DNA from: Bdellovibrionota bacterium
GTDB lineage: Bacteria; Bdellovibrionota_C; UBA2361
Assembly: GCA_044352465.1 (NCBI GenBank)
Contig: JBILDU010000028.1
Coordinates: forward strand, 1-32,062
Length of the DNA: 32,062 nt
Reading direction: 5' to 3'
This document shows, one piece after another, positions 17,914 through 25,079 of the stretch. The notes below the pieces were generated by a model, which saw only the letters and a program-made list of their open reading frames with translations, was not told where the DNA came from and did no database searches. Position 1 is the first letter of the stretch, and each line of letters begins with the position of its first letter. A program made the position numbers and the translations under genes.

Positions 17914-18921
17914 ATGTATACCCTCACCAAACTCTCCCCCAGCTCGACCGATGCGGTCTGTTACCGGGCGAACCGTCAATTTCCCCTCGAGGGCGTGTCT
18001 GAGGTGATTATCTCAACCCCGGAATCGCGGGCCATCTGTAACGATCCGTGCGTCATGGGGATCGACTACACCCGCAAGCTCGCCGGAGCCTCGTCAAAGG
18101 CATTGAGAGCGCTGCAGGAGATCGGCCTTTTCTCCGGTCGAGAGCGATCGACCACGGTGCTGACGATTTTGCGAGGAGGGCTCAATTTCGGACTCCGCGA
18201 GGCGCTCGCCGATGCTTTTCAGTGGAACAACCACGGCACGTGGTATATCAGCGCGCAACGTCAGCTCTCCGATCCGAAAAGCGGTGCTTGGGAGATCGTC
18301 GAGGATTCGTACACAAAGATGTCGCCACACGGTGAGATGGATATCGTCTTCGGCGATGTCGTTGCCACCGGAACGAGCTTAAAGCACGGCCTTATGAAGC
18401 TCGCCGAAACCCTCACCCGTTCGTGCCGCTATAACTCGATCACTTTTTTCACCATCGGTGGTGCGGTCTCGGGAGAGATCCTGGCTGAATGGCGAAAGCT
18501 TATCGAATCCCGCCAAGGCTCACCCCTGAAAGCGACGGTGGTGTATTTCGAGGGGATCTTCGGAGTTGCGGGCCCCCGTACGCCGGTCACGATAAAGCTC
18601 GATGGCACCGATCTTCTCCGGCGCGATGGAGCGATGGCACCCGAATTCGTTGAATCGCAATACGAGAATCCATCGTATCCACTTGAGCGGTGCACCATCT
18701 ACGATGCTGGTTCACGCGCTTTTCACGTGCCGGAATATATCGAAGACGTCGTTGATTACTGGCGGCAGGTCAAAACTCATGCGGAGAACGGCACGACGTT
18801 TGAAGCGCTTCTCCACGAGCGGTGCCCCGATGTGGATGTCACCCGATTCGGCCCGCGCGATTTAAAAAATCTCGCGGATACCCACCTGAGCAATCTTGAG
18901 AAAAAGCTCGGGGGGAACTAA
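17914..18921 (+). CDS. Phosphoribosyltransferase-fold protein, uracil PRTase-like
   Basis: TVLTILRGGLNF resembles the UPRTase ILRAG loop. IVFGDVVATGTSL resembles the PRPP-binding loop. AAGGAAGG RBS upstream. Longer than a canonical Upp (about 210 aa). Confidence 0.65.
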   Translation: MYTLTKLSPSSTDAVCYRANRQFPLEGVSEVIISTPESRAICNDPCVMGIDYTRKLAGASSKALRALQEIGLFSGRERSTTVLTILRGGLNFGLREALADAFQWNNHGTWYISAQRQLSDPKSGAWEIVEDSYTKMSPHGEMDIVFGDVVATGTSLKHGLMKLAETLTRSCRYNSITFFTIGGAVSGEILAEWRKLIESRQGSPLKATVVYFEGIFGVAGPRTPVTIKLDGTDLLRRDGAMAPEFVESQYENPSYPLERCTIYDAGSRAFHVPEYIEDVVDYWRQVKTHAENGTTFEALLHERCPDVDVTRFGPRDLKNLADTHLSNLEKKLGGN

Positions 18922-18993
18922 CGAGCTCTCCCAATCAAAGTGACCCCGCCCTCTGCGGGAGTGGCGCGGGGAGCAGCGATATCGGGTCAGTAC

Positions 18994-19025
18994 AAAAGCG
19001 CCCCCCAATGAGTTCCGAGGGGCGC
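18994..19025 (-). terminator. Probable intrinsic terminator for 19048..19569
   Basis: GCGCCCC (18998-19004) / GGGGCGC (19019-19025) stem. The AAAA at 18994-18997 gives a short U tract on the minus strand. Confidence 0.5.
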
Positions 19026-19047
19026 CCCAAAGAGCGTGAGCGCGCCT

Positions 19048-19569
19048 CTACTGACCGAGCGACCCCGCTAAAGCTTTCGCTTTTGCGATATCAGCTCGAG
19101 ATGGGATCCTCTTCTGAATAAGATCATCTGAGCCCCGGATCGTTCGCTTTGTCGGAGCAACGTAGTTTACGGCGCAATTGGTTCCCCAGTCGTTGAGAAG
19201 CGCAACCATACCGCTTCCTGAGACACCACCACCAGCAAGAAGGACCGCCAAGTCAGCACCACCAACCGTTCCGTCGTTGTTATAATCGTGCGGACAGGTC
19301 TTACAAGATTCGCCGAGACGGGATTGGACGATCGCCAGATCCGCACCGTTTATCAGACCATCGACGTAGAGGTCGGAATGGATGTTCGCCCTGTACGCGG
19401 CGCCACGGGACCCGAATGCGTTTAGAACCGAGACCATATCGTGGATATCGACGACTCCGTCCCCGTTAACGTCGCCGAGACATTTCGGAGCGGACTGCGC
19501 CGCCGCTGAGCTAACCGACACCAACGTACAGAGTCCGAGCATGAGTACCGTTTTTATACACAACCGCAT
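19048..19569 (-). CDS. Secreted dockerin-like (EF-hand-type Ca2+-binding) repeat protein
   Basis: Signal peptide ending AAA-Q. Three repeats DVNGDGVVDIHD, DLYVDGLINGAD and DYNNDGTVGGAD with L..FG/WG endings and flanking Cys. GAGG RBS upstream. Confidence 0.8.
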   Translation of the reverse strand: MRLCIKTVLMLGLCTLVSVSSAAAQSAPKCLGDVNGDGVVDIHDMVSVLNAFGSRGAAYRANIHSDLYVDGLINGADLAIVQSRLGESCKTCPHDYNNDGTVGGADLAVLLAGGGVSGSGMVALLNDWGTNCAVNYVAPTKRTIRGSDDLIQKRIPSRADIAKAKALAGSLGQ

Positions 19570-19690
19570 CGTAACCTCACCAAAAGGTTTAAATAATCAG
19601 GTTTATGGTTCTTGATGGCGGCGTGTCGACGCCCCCCACTATCGGCGTCGCCCCAGTCCCCGTATAAGGGGTTATGAGGCACCGCGACAA

Positions 19691-19710
19691 AATGTGTCCT
19701 AAAAACTCGT
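19691..19710 (-). promoter_or_regulatory. Conserved upstream motif, copy 1 (AATGTGTCCTAAAAACTCGT)
   Basis: 18/20 identical to 20665..20684 and 122 nt from the start codon at 19569. Confidence 0.6.
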
Positions 19711-19836
19711 ATGAATTTTTAGCAAATAGATACTCTGCTCCTCTTGAAATCCAGACTTCTTCATCTCCTCATCCGCTCCTCATCTCCCCTACGAGCCAGA
19801 GATCTTTTTAACTCCGAAGTTAAATTCATATAACGA

Positions 19837-20010
19837 GGGATGCCGCTCCCCCAACGGGATGAAAAAACCTACTGGTCGGAGCCCGAGAACGGGAAAGCGG
19901 ATCTCCGCGCGCTGGCATCTCGGGGGCCCCGTCGGGAGGGCTCCTCGGACTAATCAGTGAGACGGCGGAGATCCCCAACGAAAAAAGCACCGGCGGAAGC
20001 CGGTGCTTTT
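19837..20010 (+). ncRNA. Candidate structured small RNA (family unassigned)
   Basis: Several complementary segments (see findings). G-U pairs favour the + strand. A TATAAC -10-like hexamer sits at 19829-19834 and the region ends in a strong terminator. Confidence 0.35.
19981..20010. terminator. Bidirectional intrinsic terminator
   Basis: AAAAAAGCACCGGC-GGAA-GCCGGTGCTTTT: perfect stem with GGAA tetraloop and A/T tracts on both sides, just past the stop of 20029..20544. Confidence 0.9.
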
Positions 20011-20028
20011 GATATTTCATGAGTGCTA

Positions 20029-20544
20029 CTACGGCGCTTTCAGGATATTCGCAATCTCCTGAGCCGCTTTCTTCGCTTTTGAATTAGGATTGGTTGTGCT
20101 TAGTAATGCGGGAGATGCCCCCGATGTTTTCTTGCAGTCACGACCCCACTCATTTAGCAACGAAGCCATGTTGGCGCTATCAGCCACCCCGGAGCTAAGA
20201 AGGATGCCAAGATCCGCTGAGTTAACGGTGTTATCGCCGTTGAGGTCAAATGAACACAAATCGACAATGGGGGGGCATGGTCCCCAGTTCTGCAAAACGT
20301 AATTGGTATCCAACGCGTTGACTACGAGGTCGGGGACAACATCGACAGAAGCACCAGTGAGTTTGAAATGCCTATTGATCGCCCTTCCCTTCAAACCGAA
20401 TGCGGCCAGAACGTTCCCTAAGTCCTCGCTATCGACGGTGCCACTTGCGTCCGTATCTCCTGGACAAGCCTGCGCCTGCGCCGTCCCCGCCACTAAAAGG
20501 CTACAAAGCCCCAACATCAAACTCGCGCACTTAAAAACCCCCAT
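20029..20544 (-). CDS. Secreted dockerin-like repeat protein (paralog of 19048..19569)
   Basis: Signal peptide ending AQA-Q. Repeats CPGDTDASGTVDSEDL..VL.AFG, DVVPDLVVNALD...NWG and DLNGDNTVNSADL.ILL...LLNEWG. GGGAGG RBS upstream. Confidence 0.8.
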   Translation of the reverse strand: MGVFKCASLMLGLCSLLVAGTAQAQACPGDTDASGTVDSEDLGNVLAAFGLKGRAINRHFKLTGASVDVVPDLVVNALDTNYVLQNWGPCPPIVDLCSFDLNGDNTVNSADLGILLSSGVADSANMASLLNEWGRDCKKTSGASPALLSTTNPNSKAKKAAQEIANILKAP

Positions 20545-20664
20545 AAGAACCTCCCAAAAACGTCAAACATTTTCAAACAATTAGGTCTCTCGTGGTGGCG
20601 CAAGAACAACCCAAACCCTGCATCACCCGATCCCCTATTCAGGGTTTATGGTCATTTGCCTCAG

Positions 20665-20684
20665 AATGTGACCTAAAAATTCGT
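20665..20684 (-). promoter_or_regulatory. Conserved upstream motif, copy 2 (AATGTGACCTAAAAATTCGT)
   Basis: 18/20 identical to 19691..19710 and 121 nt from the start codon at 20544. Confidence 0.6.
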
Positions 20685-20821
20685 GAAAAAAGTAAGGAAC
20701 GCTCTGAAGCGCCGCCATGGGTTAGCGCAACTCGAGTCTGACCGAGGCACAGCCACCCTCGCGGCGAAACGAGGGTGGCCGAAACCATTAAGCTACCTCT
20801 CCCATCATCACGGGACTCCGC

Positions 20822-22852
20822 CTACCGCACCCGAAACTGCGCATACGGACTCTTCCCGGCGACACCGGACACGGAGTACCTCACCCGATACGTAGCCACG
20901 CTCAGATTTCGCATGACCACCGTCCGTCGCGCCGTTTTCACGGTCTTGACGATCTTTCCCCGTCTCGAAAACTCAACCGCGTATCTTTGGCTCGCGGAGA
21001 TGAAGGGGAGCGTAACCGTTACGGTGCGCTTCTTCACCAAAACCTTGGGCTTCGTGAGCACCGGCTTCCCGCTAGCACCCGGCGTCGGGGTCGCCGATGG
21101 AACAGCAGCGACAGCACCGATAGTCTTGCCATCGTGCCCAGCGTTCGCGAGGCGTGGATTTTGGGGTCGAAATCCCTCCCGCACGTAAAGACGCAGACTC
21201 TCCAGGGTGTAGCTCGGATTAAAACCACTCGGATCGTTACGCTTTGCAAGCTCCACCACCGCATTCGCCACCGTCCCGGGGCCGCCGAGAGACTTATCCC
21301 AGCTGGCTATATCCCGGGTCGGATCAACGAACTGGGGATCGACGTTTTGGTCGTGTACCCCCGGTGTGCCGACACTGAACTCGAGATCGGCGTAGTTGGC
21401 AATAAGTTTGAAACCGGTGTTGTAGTCAAGCGCGGTGGCCCCAACCAGATCAACCACAGCTTCGTTCGGGCCGGAGTCGTACATGAGGAAACCGCGCGGC
21501 GTCGTGTCCCAAGCTATGTTGCTCCGGAAACTCTTCACCATCCCGGTGTGTCCCGGGTAGGTCTCCCCAACCGAGGTTCCTTGGATACCAGCGATGTAGG
21601 TGTTGTGGTCGGCCGCAATAAAAGCGTTCGGGCCACCTAGCGCTGAAAAGAGCGTTCCACTGGTCGAGCCCCCTTTATTGGGTAAGACGATGCAGTTTAG
21701 GACGGTCAATGTCTGGGGTGTCGCTGGATTCGCCACCCCAATGCAGTCGCCGTTATCATCGGTGCCGGTGTACTCGAAGATATCTCCGTCGATAACACTC
21801 GAACGCCAGGTCAAGGCCTGCAGAAAATGGGGGTTATAATCAGGAATTCCGGGCGCTGGATCGATCAGCCAATAATTATTGGTCGAATCGGCAGCGACAA
21901 TCTTCTCAAGGGTCGTGCGGTTATAGATAAAATTCCGATCAAAGATATCCCACCCTTCATTCACGTCGTCGGGAGAGACCGCATACGCATTGAGAAAGAT
22001 GTTGTCGTTAATAATCGCTCGACGCGACGCAAAAAAGTTAATCGGCTTATCAAAGACGTTTCCCTCAATTATCCGCGCTTTGCCAGCGGCTGGCGCAGTG
22101 TAGAAATTCACCTCCGCGCTCACCGGACTCACGGTGTTTCGAAAAGTGGAGTTTTTAAGGGTAAACGAAGCATCGGGGCCCACGGTGTAGCGCGTACGCA
22201 ACTCGCCACCACCATTAAAGACGACGTTCGTGAGCGCGAACTCCCCCGTCCCCGTCACCGAAGTCAACACCGCCGGTATCGTCGCATCGCCCAGGCGCGA
22301 GAGTTCACAGAAACCACCGCGCACAAGCCCGGCACCGAGAAAATCTCCACCGGTGATCGCCGCGGGGGCCGCGCCGTTCGTTGAAACCGAGCGGATAGCG
22401 CAGCGAGCCTGGGAGGTACCTTGAAGAAGAAGTACCGCAGCTTGGTCGTGGGCCGTGCCGATTCGCAGTGCGTAACGGGTGGTCGTCGGAGCTGGTGCCT
22501 GAGAGGCGTCGAACTCCACGATCGAGTTGCCCACAAGGGTCATCGGAGCGTCGTTCAGGGCGATATCTCCCCGAACGGTAAGCTTCGCTCCAGGATTCAC
22601 GGTGAGGGCTCCCGTCGGGCTCACCGCGATCGCCGGAAGTGCATTAGTCGCCGGACTGCTCCCGATAGTCGTGTCACGATCAATATTCACAGGATGGCTG
22701 ATCTGAGCCCGCGCTCCAGCTGCGGGTACTATCCCCCCCGCCCACGTCGCGGGGGACGACCAGTTGCCAGGTTGCACCGTCACCACCTGCGCGAAGGAGA
22801 GCGCGGGGGCAAAAAGAGCAAGAAGGGGAAGCTTACGCACGAATTCAAACAT
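20822..22852 (-). CDS. Large secreted protein: G8-like N-terminus, probable parallel beta-helix, Pro/Thr linker and basic C-terminal beta domain
   Basis: Signal peptide (..ALSFA-Q). GNWSSPATWAGGIVP G8-like start, N/D-rich beta-helix-like repeats, VDPQFVDP, PSATPTPG linker and a K/R-rich final ~80 aa. Confidence 0.8.
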   Translation of the reverse strand: MFEFVRKLPLLALFAPALSFAQVVTVQPGNWSSPATWAGGIVPAAGARAQISHPVNIDRDTTIGSSPATNALPAIAVSPTGALTVNPGAKLTVRGDIALNDAPMTLVGNSIVEFDASQAPAPTTTRYALRIGTAHDQAAVLLLQGTSQARCAIRSVSTNGAAPAAITGGDFLGAGLVRGGFCELSRLGDATIPAVLTSVTGTGEFALTNVVFNGGGELRTRYTVGPDASFTLKNSTFRNTVSPVSAEVNFYTAPAAGKARIIEGNVFDKPINFFASRRAIINDNIFLNAYAVSPDDVNEGWDIFDRNFIYNRTTLEKIVAADSTNNYWLIDPAPGIPDYNPHFLQALTWRSSVIDGDIFEYTGTDDNGDCIGVANPATPQTLTVLNCIVLPNKGGSTSGTLFSALGGPNAFIAADHNTYIAGIQGTSVGETYPGHTGMVKSFRSNIAWDTTPRGFLMYDSGPNEAVVDLVGATALDYNTGFKLIANYADLEFSVGTPGVHDQNVDPQFVDPTRDIASWDKSLGGPGTVANAVVELAKRNDPSGFNPSYTLESLRLYVREGFRPQNPRLANAGHDGKTIGAVAAVPSATPTPGASGKPVLTKPKVLVKKRTVTVTLPFISASQRYAVEFSRRGKIVKTVKTARRTVVMRNLSVATYRVRYSVSGVAGKSPYAQFRVR

Positions 22853-22988
22853 AGTGAGCCTTTGAAAGAGGTACGAACGAGTTCGTTTTCGTAACAGGCT
22901 CAGTGGTAGTCAGAAATGAGGGTAATCAGGGTTAGAGGAGAAAGACGCGGGGCGGACTGCGAATGGAGGTAAAGGACCCCGCTGCGAT

Positions 22989-23041
22989 GTAGCCTATCCG
23001 CAATGTTTTTTCACCCACCAGAGGTTAGGCGGGTGGGCTAC
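22989..23041. repeat. Imperfect 13-bp inverted repeat with GTAG...CTAC ends
   Basis: GTAGCCTATCCGC (22989-23001) / GCGGGTGGGCTAC (23029-23041). Fully paired on the + strand with two G-U pairs. Confidence 0.55.
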
Positions 23042-23095
23042 GAGCGTATTCAAAAAAAACTATGAAGCGCTGCTGCTCAACCAACACCAAGGCAG

Positions 23096-23137
23096 CGAGC
23101 CCGCATCGCCCAACTGATGATGAGCGATGCGGGCTCG
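23096..23137. repeat. Perfect 14-bp inverted repeat (possible terminator or mRNA-stabilising hairpin downstream of the SDR gene)
   Basis: CGAGCCCGCATCGC (23096-23109) / GCGATGCGGGCTCG (23124-23137). No clear U tract. Confidence 0.65.
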
Positions 23138-23217
23138 TGTTCCGAATCCCGAACGTATTCTCGAGCGAAAAAAGTTCCGGTCAGAGTACGCACAGGGTTG
23201 ACGCAAAAGGAGCAGCT

Positions 23218-24360
23218 TTACGGACGCGATGCCCCCGCAGCCATCCGCTCAGATTCCTCCATCTCGCCTTTGCGACTCGCGGCTTCAGCTTTCATCCGCT
23301 TTTCGAAACGGCGTAGCCGCTGACGGAGCGGCCGCTCCTCCGGGGGAGTGGTAAGAAACCGATTCCAATCGAAGCTCTGCCGGAGCGCCATAACCGCGCC
23401 GGCAACGAGGGCACCGGCGAGTACCGGATGGAGTCGCGCGCGAGTATAGATACTTCGCTCCCGCGCGTAACGCTCCTCCCCACCTCGCTCCGCCAGGTCA
23501 GTCCCCGGCCGATAGAGCGCATCAGCACCGTTCAATTGGGCCGCTCGTTCACTCTGTTGCGCCTTGAAGAAGGTGCGTTCTTGGAGCTTGTCGGTCAGCC
23601 GCGGTGCCCACGCTCCCATCGAGCTCAGTACCTTACCTGCACCACCAACGATGACGTCCCGCTCGACATGCTCGGTGGCATAGAGGATTGCGCGGGCCAC
23701 AGTTTCCGGTGCGTAAAGTGGTGCGGGGCTTCGTGGGGCGCTCGCGAGGTAGTTACGGGCGTGCTGTGCATACGGGGTATCGACCGCCGACGGTTTAATC
23801 AGAGTAACTGAGATCGGGACGCCCGCCTCCTCAAGCTCCATCCGTAACGCATCGGTAAACCCTTTGACCGCATGCTTTGAGGCGCTAAACATCCCTTGAA
23901 GTGGCATCGCTCGATCGGAGGCGATAGCTCCAAGATTAATGATCGCGCCCCCCTCCTCGCGCATGTACCGCACCGCCTCGAGAGAGCCGTAGACAATCCC
24001 CCAAAAATTGGTCTCAAAGAGCCGCCGATGATCCTCAATTGGTACATCCTCGAGACGACCGTAGATCGAGACACCGGCATCGTTGATCCAACTGTCGATG
24101 CGACCGAACTGTTCTCGAGCGGTCTGCCCGATCTTCGCCACCGCTTGCTGGTCCCCGACATCGGCGACGACGTAGGTCGCCCGCCCACCACCTGAATTGA
24201 GCTCCTCAGTCAGCGCTCGAAGCGCCTCCTCGTTACGGGCGACCAGCACGAGTCGCGCTCCCATCCCCGCAGCCATCCGAGCAGTGACGAGCCCGATTCC
24301 GCTCGTTGCCCCGGTAATGACCACCACCTGATCGCTTAATTTTTTTAAATGAATAGCCAT
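23218..24360 (-). CDS. SDR family oxidoreductase-like protein (catalytic Tyr replaced by Phe)
   Basis: TGATSGIG Rossmann motif, ADV, WINDAG and TNFWG. The active-site region reads INLGAIAS...GMFSASKHAVKGF. GAGGAG RBS upstream. Confidence 0.9.
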   Translation of the reverse strand: MAIHLKKLSDQVVVITGATSGIGLVTARMAAGMGARLVLVARNEEALRALTEELNSGGGRATYVVADVGDQQAVAKIGQTAREQFGRIDSWINDAGVSIYGRLEDVPIEDHRRLFETNFWGIVYGSLEAVRYMREEGGAIINLGAIASDRAMPLQGMFSASKHAVKGFTDALRMELEEAGVPISVTLIKPSAVDTPYAQHARNYLASAPRSPAPLYAPETVARAILYATEHVERDVIVGGAGKVLSSMGAWAPRLTDKLQERTFFKAQQSERAAQLNGADALYRPGTDLAERGGEERYARERSIYTRARLHPVLAGALVAGAVMALRQSFDWNRFLTTPPEERPLRQRLRRFEKRMKAEAASRKGEMEESERMAAGASRP

Positions 24361-24624
24361 GCAGACTCCTCTGTCCAGTTATAGTAGCGGAGGCACGGTA
24401 GCCCCTTACTCAAAGAGGTGCCGTGATACGGAACAGGGAGCTGTCGTACTCCGACCCCAGGACCAGCTCTCAGGTGAAAAAAATCTCTCGTCGGAGTATT
24501 CATTGTTCCCACCTTTGGCTCCACAGCCGCGGGGGGAGCCGGTGGCACCGGCCCCAACTCGTCCCATTATTCCAGCCCCTTACCCTTCTGAGGTGACATT
24601 TTCTTCGATCAGCCGGGTATAGAG

Positions 24625-24912
24625 GTGACTTTCATGCGAGGAATGCGCATAACTATCTATGAATTATTCGGAGGGTCTGCGGTGTCGAACGCTGCTTTTA
24701 AAGTTCCCGAGGGGACCGGCTATATGCCGTGGCGAGTAGTCGTCTCGAACCCGGTTGGCCCGACCCCACTGCCACCACCGTTTCATGCTTCACGGGTTGC
24801 AGAGCCCGCCGATCCTAACGGGGTTGAGCCCTTAGCCCCGGCTCATACCCGCGAGGTGCTTGAGTATGGCCCCGATCGAACGAAACCGGCGATCGTGGTT
24901 CCTATCCGTTGA
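24625..24912 (+). CDS. Hypothetical proline-rich protein (start uncertain: 24625, 24634 or 24643)
   Basis: The only sizeable ORF in the gap. GAGGTG lies upstream of ATG 24634. No recognisable motif. Confidence 0.4.
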   Translation: MTFMRGMRITIYELFGGSAVSNAAFKVPEGTGYMPWRVVVSNPVGPTPLPPPFHASRVAEPADPNGVEPLAPAHTREVLEYGPDRTKPAIVVPIR

Positions 24913-24923
24913 GCGAGCGAAGC

Positions 24924-24950
24924 TCAAGAATCTCCATATCTGACCGATCA
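24924..24950 (+). promoter_or_regulatory. Candidate sigma28 (FliA-type) promoter upstream of the FlgM-like gene
   Basis: TCAA (24924-24927)-N15-ACCGATCA (24943-24950) versus consensus TAAA-N15-GCCGATAA. flgM genes are typically sigma28-transcribed. Confidence 0.5.
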
Positions 24951-25079
24951 TATTTCTGGACTATATAGAAAAGGGTGTCGAGCGATCGACTCACCTTACT
25001 GGGCGAGCAAGTGCTGTGTGGCGTCTGAAGCTGCTCACCTTGATAACTTGGTCTTCAGACGAAGTAACGTGGTAGTTGT

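Noticed and set aside
19899..19974. Long hairpin as SRP (4.5S) RNA
   Set aside because: The conserved CAGG...GGAA-GGAAGCAG domain IV motif is absent on both strands.
19826..20020. 64-aa minus-strand ORF
   Set aside because: It runs straight through a strong terminator and a highly self-complementary region, and has no RBS or protein-like features.
23160..23225. GACGCAAAAG resembling part of a c-di-GMP-I riboswitch
   Set aside because: It lacks the GGCAAA/GAAA-tetraloop P2 and P3 elements and is on the wrong strand for the neighbouring genes.
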